Positions 8,940 through 20,905 are shown, counted from the stretch's first letter. The stretch: 42,961 bases of DNA from an uncultured Candidatus Saccharibacteria bacterium (GCA_964586975.1 CAZPJV010000001.1:36372-79332), one strand, 5' to 3'. Numbers and translations are program-made. Notes: generated from the letters alone by a model not told the origin.

Positions 8940-10934
8940 TTATATCAAGGCGTAATCAATTGTTTTTCTCTCCAAATCCGCCGCCTGCACTTTTATTCTA
9001 ACACGGTCGCCCAAGCGGTAGGACTTCTTGGTTTTTTGTCCGCAAAACGAAAGTTTCTTTTCATCAAAAACATAAAAATCGTCCTGCATATCCCGCACCC
9101 GCACCAGTCCTTCGCACTTGGTTTCAATTTCCTCCACATACAGGCCCCATTCCGTGATGCCGCTGACGACGCCGTCAAACCGCTGCCCCTTTCTGACCGA
9201 CATATATTCCACCTGTTTGTATTTAATGGAAGCCCGTTCCGCGTCGGCGGCGCGCTTCTCCTGCTCGCTGGCGACCAGGGACATTTTTTCGTAATCCATT
9301 AATTTGTCGGCGGGGATTTTTTTGTCGGCTAGGCGGTTTTCCAGCAACCGGTGCACCAGGATGTCCGGGTAGCGACGGATAGGGGAAGTGAAGTGAGTGT
9401 AATATTCAAAGGCCAGACCGTAGTGCCCGATGTTCTTGGTGGAGTAGACGGCTTTGGCCATGGAGCGAATGACCGCGCGGTGCACGGTGTCTGCCATGGT
9501 GTCTTCTTTCCTCTTCAACTCCCGCAACAGCCTGTTGATTTCTCGGCTTGGGATAATTCCGGCCACTAGCGGGACTCGCAATCCCAAACTCTGGAGAAAT
9601 AGCGCCAAGTCGGCCATTTTTTCTTTGCTGGGAAAATCATGCACGCGGTAGATGGCGATGTTCTCGGGCAGGCCTTTTCTTTTTTCGGACGAAAGCGCCC
9701 GCGCGACTTTTTTGTTGGCCAAGAGCATGAATTCCTCAATCAGGCGATTGGAATCTCCGCGCTCTTTTATTTCCACTTTTAGCGGCTGGCCGTCTTTGTC
9801 CAGCACAAACCGGACTTCATCCTGGTCCAGCGAAATCGCGCCCTGGGCGAATCTTTCCTTGGCTAATTTTTTCGCCAAATTATTCAAGATAGCAAGTTCT
9901 GCATGCAACGGCGCCGCAGGTTCCCGAATTGATTTCTCCGCTTCGGCATAGGTGAATCTTTTTTGGGAACGGATGACCGCGCGGCCGAACCATTCGCTTT
10001 TCACGCCGGCGTTTTTGTCCATTGTAAAAATGGCGCTCATGGTCAGGCGGTCTTGATTGGGAACCAGAGAGCACAAATCGTTGGACAATATTTCCGGCAG
10101 CATCGGTATGGTGCGGTCCACTAGGTAAACAGAAGTGCCCCGGTTGCGGGCCTCCTCGTCCAACAGGCTACCGGGCCGGACGTAATGCGACACGTCCGCG
10201 ATGTGGATACCGATTTCATATAAGGGGTAATTAGACCCCCTCGCCCTGACCTGGGTCGGGGCACTCCCCCTTGGCAGGGGGAGAACACGAAAGGAAATTG
10301 CGTCGTCGAAATCTTTTGCGTCGCTTGGGTCAATGGTGAAAGTCAAAACTTTTCTGAAATCTCGGCGTCCCAGATAATCGCTTTCTTTTATCCCGCTAGT
10401 TTTTATTTTTTTTGCTTCCTCTTCAACTTTATTTGGCAGTTCGGAGTCAAAACCCTTTTCCATGGCGATGGAATGCATTTCCGTGTCATTGTCGCCTGGC
10501 CAGCCAAGAACTTTGATTATTTTACCTTCCGGGGCCTTGCGCGGGTCGCTCCAAGAGACTATTTCCGCGAAAACTTTCTGACCGGATTTTGCGCCGCCGA
10601 GCATTGTCGGCGGTATCAGAATATCCGTATACATTTTCGTATCATCCGGCTTCAAAAAGAATATATCTTTTTCTTTTTCTAAAACTCCGGCGAAACGCAC
10701 TTTCGCGCGGGCAATTATTTTTGACACCTCGGCGGTTTGCCGGCCTCGGCCTTTGGGATGCAGGATGATTTCCACCAAGTCTCCGTGCAGAGCGGTGTTT
10801 AAGTGCCGGAAATCAATCTCCGGGTCCTGCCCCTTGTTTTTTTCAGCCCCCACTGCGACATAACCGGTGCCCTTGGAGGAGATGGAAACAACTCCTTCCA
10901 GCCTATGAGGTCCTCTGAGTTTTTTCTTTTTCAC
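8940..10934 (-). CDS. rnr: Ribonuclease R (GTG start)
   Basis: RNB domain motifs FTIDPSDAKDFDDAISF, HIADVSHYV, YRVHD and HYGLAFEYYTHFTSPIRRYPD, plus a C-terminal S1 domain. It contains an in-frame GC-rich palindromic insert (listed as a separate feature). Confidence 0.9.
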   Translation of the reverse strand: MKKKKLRGPHRLEGVVSISSKGTGYVAVGAEKNKGQDPEIDFRHLNTALHGDLVEIILHPKGRGRQTAEVSKIIARAKVRFAGVLEKEKDIFFLKPDDTKMYTDILIPPTMLGGAKSGQKVFAEIVSWSDPRKAPEGKIIKVLGWPGDNDTEMHSIAMEKGFDSELPNKVEEEAKKIKTSGIKESDYLGRRDFRKVLTFTIDPSDAKDFDDAISFRVLPLPRGSAPTQVRARGSNYPLYEIGIHIADVSHYVRPGSLLDEEARNRGTSVYLVDRTIPMLPEILSNDLCSLVPNQDRLTMSAIFTMDKNAGVKSEWFGRAVIRSQKRFTYAEAEKSIREPAAPLHAELAILNNLAKKLAKERFAQGAISLDQDEVRFVLDKDGQPLKVEIKERGDSNRLIEEFMLLANKKVARALSSEKRKGLPENIAIYRVHDFPSKEKMADLALFLQSLGLRVPLVAGIIPSREINRLLRELKRKEDTMADTVHRAVIRSMAKAVYSTKNIGHYGLAFEYYTHFTSPIRRYPDILVHRLLENRLADKKIPADKLMDYEKMSLVASEQEKRAADAERASIKYKQVEYMSVRKGQRFDGVVSGITEWGLYVEEIETKCEGLVRVRDMQDDFYVFDEKKLSFCGQKTKKSYRLGDRVRIKVQAADLERKTIDYALI
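10223..10283. repeat. GC-rich triple-hairpin element embedded in frame in rnr
   Basis: Three hairpins: AGGGG..CCCCT, GCCCTGAC-ctgg-GTCGGGGC and CTCCCCC-ttggca-GGGGGAG. It encodes LPLPRGSAPTQVRARGSN between the DFDDA and HIADVS motifs. Confidence 0.6.
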
Positions 10935-10940
10935 CTTCCC

Positions 10941-10949
10941 AATATATCA
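10941..10949 (-). promoter_or_regulatory. Putative extended -10 (TGaTATATT) for rnr, 6 nt upstream of GTG 10934
   Basis: The minus strand reads TGATATATT-GGGAAG-GTG. Confidence 0.35.
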
Positions 10950-10968
10950 CAAAAAATTACATTACGTA

Positions 10969-10996
10969 TTGCTTTTTAAAGTTTTTATGCTAGACT
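10969..10996 (+). promoter_or_regulatory. Putative promoter for rpsP: TTGCTT-16 nt-TATGC TAGACT
   Basis: The -10 ends 6 nt before ATG 11003, and no SD is possible in the gap. Confidence 0.45.
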
Positions 10997-11002
10997 CAAA
11001 AA

Positions 11003-11317
11003 ATGCTAAAAATAAGATTTCAAAGAATCGGCCGGAAAAACGACCCTTCCTTCCGGGCGGTCTTGACCGACTCCAAGAACAGCACCAAGAGCGGAAAATT
11101 TTTGGAGATTCTGGGCACCTATAATCCTAGCGCCAAAGAGGCCAAGAGAAATCTGAATGCCGAGCGGATAAAATACTGGTTGGGCCAAGGCGCCCAGCCG
11201 TCCGATACGATGCACAATTTCCTGGTGCACGACCAAGTTATCCCGGGCAAAAAAATCAATGTTTTGCCGAAAAAGAAGCCGACCGGCAAGAGGAGGGAGT
11301 TGAAGGCTAAAAAATAG
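11003..11317 (+). CDS. rpsP: 30S ribosomal protein S16
   Basis: MLKIRFQRIGRKNDPSFRAVLTDS..LGTYNP..ERIKYWLGQGAQPS. Confidence 0.95.
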   Translation: MLKIRFQRIGRKNDPSFRAVLTDSKNSTKSGKFLEILGTYNPSAKEAKRNLNAERIKYWLGQGAQPSDTMHNFLVHDQVIPGKKINVLPKKKPTGKRRELKAKK

Positions 11318-11392
11318 TATTCTATAATTATCAGTATCGCAGTTTACGGTCGTAATACTGCAAAGATTACAAAGTATAAATTCTGCAACACT

Positions 11393-11737
11393 ATGGAAGA
11401 AGCAGACAAGGTGTTTCTGGAGTATGTGGTCAAGGCGCTGGTGGATAATCCGAACGATGTGAAAATCGAACGGACCGTGGATGAAATGGGCGTGCTGATT
11501 ACCCTGACGGTCAATCCCGCCGATATGGGTAAAATTATTGGACGCATGGGCAATACCGCCAAGGCGATTCGCACTCTGCTCCGCATCATCGGCATGAAGA
11601 ACAACGCCCGGGTGAACTTAAAAATCAACGAGCCGGTCGGAGGCATGCGCGAAGGAAGTCACATGGGCGGCGGCATGTCTCAAGGCCCGACCCTCAAGAC
11701 CGTGGACCAGGCGATGGAAGATTTGAAAGGCATATAA
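11393..11737 (+). CDS. KH-domain RNA-binding protein (YlqC/KhpA-like) with a G/M-rich C-terminal tail
   Basis: KALVDNPNDVKIE and the GxxG-type motif GKIIGRMGNTAKAIRTLL. It sits in the conserved rpsP-KH-trmD context. Confidence 0.8.
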   Translation: MEEADKVFLEYVVKALVDNPNDVKIERTVDEMGVLITLTVNPADMGKIIGRMGNTAKAIRTLLRIIGMKNNARVNLKINEPVGGMREGSHMGGGMSQGPTLKTVDQAMEDLKGI

Positions 11738-11764
11738 AAAAATCCCCCGAAAGGGGGATTTTTG
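11736..11764 (+). terminator. Intrinsic terminator AAAAAATCCCCC-gaaa-GGGGGATTTTT
   Basis: Perfect GC stem with a GAAA tetraloop and flanking A/T runs, directly after the KH-protein stop. Confidence 0.8.
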
Positions 11765-11771
11765 CTATAAT
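11761..11771 (+). promoter_or_regulatory. Putative extended -10 (TTTGCTATAAT) for trmD, 7 nt upstream of ATG 11779
   Basis: TGC-TATAAT overlaps the first in-frame ATG (11770). The second ATG gives the canonical TrmD N-terminus MRFHVITIFPEMF. Confidence 0.5.
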
Positions 11772-11778
11772 GCATTTT

Positions 11779-12465
11779 ATGCGTTTTCATGTAATTACAA
11801 TTTTTCCGGAAATGTTTTATTCTTATTTAAAAGAGTCCATTATCGGCCGGGCGGTGAAGGCGAAAAAGATTTCCATCAAATTTTATAATCCTTGGGATTT
11901 TTGCCCCAAGCAGGAGCGGGTGGATGCTCGGCCCTATGGCGGCGGTCCCGGCATGGTGTTGCGACCGGAATTTATAATCAAAGCTATAGTGAAAGCTTTG
12001 AAGAATGCTAACTCCTCCCAAACCCTCCCCTTACGTAAGGGGAGGGCAAAGGGTGGGGTTATGATAATCAATTTTGTGCCCAGCGCCGAAAAATTCAATA
12101 CGGCGTTTGCCAAAAAATTTGCAAAAAAATACCGAGATATCATTTTAATTGCCGGCCGGTATGAAGGCATTGATGCCCGGGTAGATAAAATTTTCAAAAC
12201 TAAAAAAATATCCGTAGGGGATTATGTCCTTACCGGCGGGGAACTGCCGGCGATGATTTTAATTGATTGTATTGCCCGCCAAGTGCCGGGAGTTCTGGGC
12301 AAGCATGAATCTTTAGAAGAAGAGAGGGTCTCAAGCAGCGAAGTTTACACTCGCCCGGAAGTTCTAAAATATCGCGGGAAAAATTATCGCGTGCCTAACG
12401 TGCTCCTTTCCGGTAACCATGCTAAAATTAATGCATGGAAGCAAAACAAACAAAAATCAGGATAG
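11779..12465 (+). CDS. trmD: tRNA (guanine37-N1)-methyltransferase
   Basis: VITIFPEMF, DARPYGGGPGMVL, AGRYEGIDARV, GDYVLTGGELPAM and LLSGNHAKI. It contains a 51-nt in-frame palindromic insert. Confidence 0.95.
   Translation: MRFHVITIFPEMFYSYLKESIIGRAVKAKKISIKFYNPWDFCPKQERVDARPYGGGPGMVLRPEFIIKAIVKALKNANSSQTLPLRKGRAKGGVMIINFVPSAEKFNTAFAKKFAKKYRDIILIAGRYEGIDARVDKIFKTKKISVGDYVLTGGELPAMILIDCIARQVPGVLGKHESLEEERVSSSEVYTRPEVLKYRGKNYRVPNVLLSGNHAKINAWKQNKQKSG
12010..12060. repeat. 51-nt GC-rich palindromic element embedded in frame in trmD
   Basis: Perfect 24-nt palindrome CCCTCCCCTTAC|GTAAGGGGAGGG at 12023-12046, with imperfectly complementary flanks. It encodes NSSQTLPLRKGRAKGGV. Confidence 0.7.
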
Positions 12466-13220
12466 ATTTTATCGTAGTTATCTTGATGGTGATTGTAACT
12501 ATACCCCTTGTTCTTTTGTTTCAAGTCCGGTTTTTAACCTCTACGCTGTTGTTTTTTGGTGTGCCCGCCCTTTATCTATTTTTAAGAAAGCCCAAGCAGA
12601 CAAATAGATTAGCGCATACTCTTTTGGGTGGAATGATAGCCTCTTTTGTTCTAGATTTTTTTGCCGAAATCAATGGGGCTTGGTCTTGGGCGCCGGAAGG
12701 GCAGTTGTTTTTTCCCAACAAACTTTTTGACCTTGTGCCTATAGACGTGCTTATTTGGTATTTTTTTTGGATTTTATTCACCGTTATATATTATGAACAT
12801 TTTTTCGAAAATGAACGTTCGGAAAAGATTTCCCCATTATTTAATTATGCTTTCCTATCTATCTTTTCAATTGCTGTTCTAATGATAGTGGTGTTCTATG
12901 CAAATCAGGATCTTTTAATATTTCCTTACGCATATTTATATTTGATGTTATTTTTTTCATACCCCTTCTTTATTCTCATTTTCAAAAAACCTCATCTGAT
13001 AGACAAACTCATGAAAGCTTCGATATTCAACATCCTTCTCTTTTTAAGCTTTGAACTTACGGCTCTACATCTTGACCAATGGAGATTTCCCGGACAGTAC
13101 ATAGGTTATGTGCAACTTTTTGGCCTTCAATTTCCTTTTGAGGAGTTTGTTTTTTGGATAGTATTAGGAACACCAATTTTTCTATCTTATTACGAAATAT
13201 GTGTCGATGATGGCAAGTAG
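12435..13220 (+). CDS. Polytopic membrane protein, possibly lycopene-cyclase-domain (CrtYc/d-like) family
   Basis: About 7 hydrophobic segments. Two PxE/D-type motifs are present (VPIDVLIWYFFW and FPFEEFVFWIV). It overlaps the trmD 3' end by 31 nt; an alternative start is ATG 12486. Confidence 0.45.
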   Translation: MEAKQTKIRIDFIVVILMVIVTIPLVLLFQVRFLTSTLLFFGVPALYLFLRKPKQTNRLAHTLLGGMIASFVLDFFAEINGAWSWAPEGQLFFPNKLFDLVPIDVLIWYFFWILFTVIYYEHFFENERSEKISPLFNYAFLSIFSIAVLMIVVFYANQDLLIFPYAYLYLMLFFSYPFFILIFKKPHLIDKLMKASIFNILLFLSFELTALHLDQWRFPGQYIGYVQLFGLQFPFEEFVFWIVLGTPIFLSYYEICVDDGK

Positions 13221-13267
13221 ATAAAAAATGCATCGATAATTTATAAGATAAAGTAGATAATTAATGG

Positions 13268-13305
13268 TTGTGTATAAATCCAGCATATGCTAAAATATTA
13301 CACAA
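13268..13305 (+). promoter_or_regulatory. Palindromic box 1 (TTGTGTA-N-CAGCATATGCTA-N-TACACAA) containing a full promoter (TTGTGT-17 nt-TAAAAT)
   Basis: 38-nt near-palindrome immediately upstream of ATG 13310. It is 31/38 identical to box 2. Confidence 0.55.
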
Positions 13306-13309
13306 CCCA

Positions 13310-13912
13310 ATGGAAAATAGATACCTTTCGCAGTTAAGAGACTTTCTGGATTCAGGCACAACCAACGCAAAGATTGCCAAGGTTTCTTTGTGCGTATTGG
13401 CCGTTGCCTCCATGCCGGTATTGGCATTTGTTGCCGCGGCTATGGGCAATACCGTCCAAGTTTTCAGGCAATTTGAAACATCCAAGCGTTTCAACAAGGA
13501 ACAAATAAGAAATTCCATAAGTTCTCTCCGCAAACAAAAATTAATTGAGTACATTGAATACAAAAACAGCAAAACTATTGTAAAAATTACCAAAAAGGGC
13601 GAATCCAAATTGCGTGCCTTCGCGATTGATCTCCTGAAAATAAAAAAGCCTAAAAAATGGGATAAAAAATGGCGGCTGGCAATGTTTGATATACCCATGC
13701 GATTTACCAGGGGCAGAGAAGCATTCAGATATCATTTGAAAGAGTTAGGATTTTACCAGTTTCAAAAATCTGCGTGGATTTATCCATATCCGTGCGAAGA
13801 TGAAATTATATTTATTGCCGATTTCTTTGGGGTAAGCAAGTTTATGGAAGTTCTAACTGTGGAACGGATTCTAAGAGACGAGCACCTAAAAAAACATTTT
13901 CATCTGACTTGA
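13310..13912 (+). CDS. Winged-helix / PaaX-like (Cas2-fold C-terminal domain) putative regulator
   Basis: N-terminal hydrophobic segment, then a wHTH-like stretch ISSLRKQKLIEYIEYK..ITKKGESKL, then WDKKWRLAMFDIPMRFTRGREAFRYHLKELGFYQFQKSAWIYP, which resembles the PaaX/Cas2-like ferredoxin-fold motif. Confidence 0.5.
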   Translation: MENRYLSQLRDFLDSGTTNAKIAKVSLCVLAVASMPVLAFVAAAMGNTVQVFRQFETSKRFNKEQIRNSISSLRKQKLIEYIEYKNSKTIVKITKKGESKLRAFAIDLLKIKKPKKWDKKWRLAMFDIPMRFTRGREAFRYHLKELGFYQFQKSAWIYPYPCEDEIIFIADFFGVSKFMEVLTVERILRDEHLKKHFHLT

Positions 13913-13916
13913 TGAA

Positions 13917-13954
13917 TTGTGTAAGATTTCAGCATATGCTAGAATTATACACAA
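13917..13954 (+). promoter_or_regulatory. Palindromic box 2, a second copy of box 1 with -10 TATGCTAGAAT
   Basis: TTGTGTAAGATTTCAGCATATGCTAGAATTATACACAA, 5 nt after the wHTH gene stop and upstream of rpoB. Confidence 0.5.
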
Positions 13955-13986
13955 TTTAAATCATTATAAAATATCCCCAGATCGGT

Positions 13987-14014
13987 TTGACAAAGATTTG
14001 GAAATCCGTATACT
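13987..14014 (+). promoter_or_regulatory. Putative sigma-70 promoter for rpoBC: TTGACA-16 nt-TATACT
   Basis: Consensus -35 and a near-consensus -10, giving a 78-nt leader to ATG 14092. Confidence 0.45.
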
Positions 14015-14091
14015 TGCACTAACTGATTGAGTACCGGATGCATCTCTTATTATAAGAAGGCTTTAAAAGCCCTATTTTGCTTTGATTTAAT

Positions 14092-17000
14092 ATGCTCAAA
14101 GACAAAGCGCGTCCGAAGAAGTACTTTTCTCGCTACAAAAAGCCCCTGGCTCCGTTTCCCAACCTAATCCAAGCCCAACTCAAAAGCTTCCAATGGCTGG
14201 TGGCGGAAGGCATCGGGGAAGTGTTCAAAGAGTTCTCGCCGATTGCCGATTATTCCGGCAAGAAATTTGTGCTGGAGTTTTCCTCCTTCTCTCTGTCCGA
14301 ATCCAAAACCGATGAAAACGATTCCAAAATCAACAAGCTCTCCTATCAAGGATTGCTGAAGGCGCGGGTCAAGCTAACCAACAAAGTTTTGGGCACCGTC
14401 AAAGAGCAGGAAATTTTTATGTCCGAGCTGCCGCTGATGACATCGCACGGCACTTTCATCATCAACGGCGTGGAGCGGGTTATCGTGCCGCAATTGGCGC
14501 GCTCCTTCGGCGTGTTTTTCACCGAGTCGGAAAATAAGGGCCAGAAATATTTCGGCGCGAAAATAATTCCGGCGCGCGGCGTTTGGATAGAGATAGAGTC
14601 TGAAGCGGATGGCGCGATTTATATGCGTATCGACAAGAAGAGAAAGTTTCCCGCCACGGCTCTTTTAAGAACTCTGGGTTATCATACCGACGAAGCTATT
14701 CTCAAAGCCTTCGACGGTGTGTTGAACGCGGAAACAGCGCTCAAGAATTCCTTTGGCAAAGAAGGGACCAAAAATTTGGACGATGCTTATGTGGAAATAT
14801 ACAAACGCCTGCGGGACGGTGATATGGCCACGGCGGAGAACGCCAAAGAGTTCATTCATTCCTTGTTTACGCCGGAGCGCTACGATTTATCGCCGGTGGG
14901 ACGATTCCGGTTTAATCAGCGTTTCAACAAGCCGACGAACGAAGCCGAGCTGGCGCGCCGAGTAATTTCCAAAGAAGATTTAGTGACTGTTATTTCCAAT
15001 ATAATCGCCCTGAACAACACTCCGGACGCGGAAGCGGATGACATTGACCACTTAGGGCAGAGACGCGTGCGGTTTGTCGGAGAAATTCTCCAGCAAAAAG
15101 TGCGCACCGGCATGATGCAGATTAAGCGTAACATTCAAGACCGCATGTCCATTATTGATGTGGATACGGCCATGCCCATCCAGATAATTAACCAGCGCCC
15201 GCTGCAGGCTCGCATCAAGGAATTTTTTACCACCAACCAGCTTTCGCAATTTATGGCGCAGGAGAATGTGCTTTACGAAATGGAGCATCTGCGCACGCTT
15301 TCGGCGCTCGGTCCCGGTGGCCTGACCCGCGAGCGGGCCGGCTTGGAAGTGCGCGATGTGCACCCTTCGCACTACGGCCGGGTTTGCCCGATTCACACGC
15401 CGGAAGGCCCGAATATCGGGTTGATTCTGCACCTTTCCACTTACGCGAAAATTAACGATTTCGGAATCATTGAAACTCCGTACGTCAAAGTAAAAAATGC
15501 TAAAATTACCGGCGAGATTGTTTATTTGAATGCACTGGAAGAAGAAAAATACAACATCGCTCACGCCGGCATTCCTTATGACCAGGACGGCAAAATCACC
15601 AAGGAAAAAGTTGAGGCCAGAATTAAAACCGAGCCGGGCATGGTCGCCCGCGAAGAAGTGGATTTCATAGATGTGGCGCCGAATCAGGCGTTTTCCATCG
15701 CCACTTCCATGATTCCGTTTTTGGAACACAACAACGCCAACCGCGCGCTCATGGGCAGCAACATGCAAAAACAGGCGGTGCCCTGCGTCTTGCCGGAAAT
15801 GCCGCTAGTGGCTACCGGCGTGGAAGAGCTGGCGTCTCGGGATTCCGGCCGGTTGGTCATCGCGGCCGAGGATGGAGTCGTCAAATATTTAGATGCGAAG
15901 AAAATAGTCGTCAAAGGAAAAAAGGAAATGACTTATCCGCTTGTCAATTTTCTGCGCAACAACAATTTCGCCGTGTTCCACCAGCGTCCGGTGGTGAGCG
16001 TGGGAGACAAAGTGAAAAAGGGCGACATTCTGGCCGACACCGCCAGCACCGTGAACGGGCAAATCTCACTCGGGCAGAACATTTTTGTCGCTTTTCTGTC
16101 ATGGTCCGGCGCCACTTATGAAGATGCCATCATTATCTCCGAGCGGCTGGTAAAAAACAGCAAGTTTACCAGCGTTTATGTGGAAGAATTTACCTGCGTG
16201 GTGCGCGACACCAAGCTGGGTCCCGAAATCACTACCCGCGACATACCGAACGTGGGCGAACTGAAGCTCAAAGATTTGGATGAAGACGGCATTGTCCGCA
16301 TCGGCGCGGAAGTGAGAGAAAACGACATCTTGGTGGGAAAGATTACGCCCAAAGGGGAAACCGAATTGACGCCGGAGGAGCGACTTTTACGCTCCATCTT
16401 TGCCGAAAAGGCCCGCGACGTGAAAGACACTTCGCTGCGCATGGAGCACGGTAAGCGCGGGCGCATCATCGGCGTGAAAATTTTCTCCCGCGAGCTGGGA
16501 CATGCGCTGGAAGCGGGCATCATCAAAAAAATTGTGATTGAGGTTGCGCAAATCCGCAACATTTCCGTGGGCGACAAGCTTTCCGGGCGCCACGGCAACA
16601 AAGGAGTTATCTCCACTATTCTGCCGGAGGAAGATATGCCTTATACCGCAGACGGCACGCCGGTAGACATAATTCTGTCCCCTTTGGGCGTGCCTTCCCG
16701 CATGAACCTGGGGCAAATTTTAGAAATGCATCTCGGCATGGCGGCGAATACTTTGGGCTATCAGGCCATCGTGCCGCCGTTCCTGGGAGCTAAAAACGAA
16801 GAGATACGGGAAGAGTTGCAAAAAGCCGGATTCCCCGAGAGCGGCAAGATGGAACTTTTTGACGGCCGGACCGGCGAGGCCTTTAAGCAGGATGTGGCGG
16901 TGGGCTATATGTATATGTTGAAGCTGCATCACATGGTGGAAGACAAGATTCATATGCGTTCCATCGGTCCTTACTCGCTGATTACCCAGCAACCGCTTGG

Positions 17001-17253
17001 CGGCAAGGCGCAGGGCGGCGGCCAGCGGTTCGGAGAAATGGAAGTCTGGGCCCTGGAAGGCTACGGCGCGGCTTACACTCTGCGCGAAATGCTGACCATC
17101 AAGTCGGACGATATTTTGGGACGGTCGGCAACCTTTGACGCGATTATCAAAAACGAGCCGATCCGGCCGCCCAATTCCCCGGCTTCCTTTAACGTGCTCT
17201 TAAATTATTTGCGGGGTCTGGCGCTGGACGTGGATTTGAAAAAATCCAAATAA
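14092..17253 (+). CDS. rpoB: DNA-directed RNA polymerase subunit beta
   Basis: Hallmark blocks FMAQENVLYEMEHLRTLSALGPGGL, NMQKQAVP, GRHGNKGVIS, PSRMNLGQILE and QRFGEMEVWALEGYGAAYTL. Confidence 0.97.
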   Translation: MLKDKARPKKYFSRYKKPLAPFPNLIQAQLKSFQWLVAEGIGEVFKEFSPIADYSGKKFVLEFSSFSLSESKTDENDSKINKLSYQGLLKARVKLTNKVLGTVKEQEIFMSELPLMTSHGTFIINGVERVIVPQLARSFGVFFTESENKGQKYFGAKIIPARGVWIEIESEADGAIYMRIDKKRKFPATALLRTLGYHTDEAILKAFDGVLNAETALKNSFGKEGTKNLDDAYVEIYKRLRDGDMATAENAKEFIHSLFTPERYDLSPVGRFRFNQRFNKPTNEAELARRVISKEDLVTVISNIIALNNTPDAEADDIDHLGQRRVRFVGEILQQKVRTGMMQIKRNIQDRMSIIDVDTAMPIQIINQRPLQARIKEFFTTNQLSQFMAQENVLYEMEHLRTLSALGPGGLTRERAGLEVRDVHPSHYGRVCPIHTPEGPNIGLILHLSTYAKINDFGIIETPYVKVKNAKITGEIVYLNALEEEKYNIAHAGIPYDQDGKITKEKVEARIKTEPGMVAREEVDFIDVAPNQAFSIATSMIPFLEHNNANRALMGSNMQKQAVPCVLPEMPLVATGVEELASRDSGRLVIAAEDGVVKYLDAKKIVVKGKKEMTYPLVNFLRNNNFAVFHQRPVVSVGDKVKKGDILADTASTVNGQISLGQNIFVAFLSWSGATYEDAIIISERLVKNSKFTSVYVEEFTCVVRDTKLGPEITTRDIPNVGELKLKDLDEDGIVRIGAEVRENDILVGKITPKGETELTPEERLLRSIFAEKARDVKDTSLRMEHGKRGRIIGVKIFSRELGHALEAGIIKKIVIEVAQIRNISVGDKLSGRHGNKGVISTILPEEDMPYTADGTPVDIILSPLGVPSRMNLGQILEMHLGMAANTLGYQAIVPPFLGAKNEEIREELQKAGFPESGKMELFDGRTGEAFKQDVAVGYMYMLKLHHMVEDKIHMRSIGPYSLITQQPLGGKAQGGGQRFGEMEVWALEGYGAAYTLREMLTIKSDDILGRSATFDAIIKNEPIRPPNSPASFNVLLNYLRGLALDVDLKKSK

Positions 17254-17258
17254 AAAAT

Positions 17259-20858
<3,600 letters not shown>

Positions 20859-20863
20859 AAAAC

Positions 20864-20885
20864 GAAACCCCCTTTCGGGGGTTTC
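20864..20885 (+). terminator. Hairpin GAAACCCCC-tttc-GGGGGTTTC after rpoC
   Basis: 9-bp perfect stem 6 nt after the rpoC stop. A second small hairpin, CTCGG-agg-CCGAG, follows it. Confidence 0.6.
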
Positions 20886-20905
20886 TCGGAGGCCGAGGCC
20901 ATTGT

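Noticed and set aside
14059-14082. Hairpin GGCTTT-a-AAAGCC followed by a T-rich tract in the rpoB leader, considered as a possible attenuator.
   Set aside because: The stem is short and AT-rich with a 1-nt loop, so it is too weak to call from sequence alone.
15052-15768. Long antisense ORFs inside rpoB/rpoC (for example 15052-15768, 16176-16616, 18357-18848, 19017-19547, 19991-20452 and 20268-20921, all minus strand).
   Set aside because: They lie opposite strongly conserved RNAP coding sequence and have low-complexity or arbitrary composition with no recognisable motifs. They are typical shadow ORFs.
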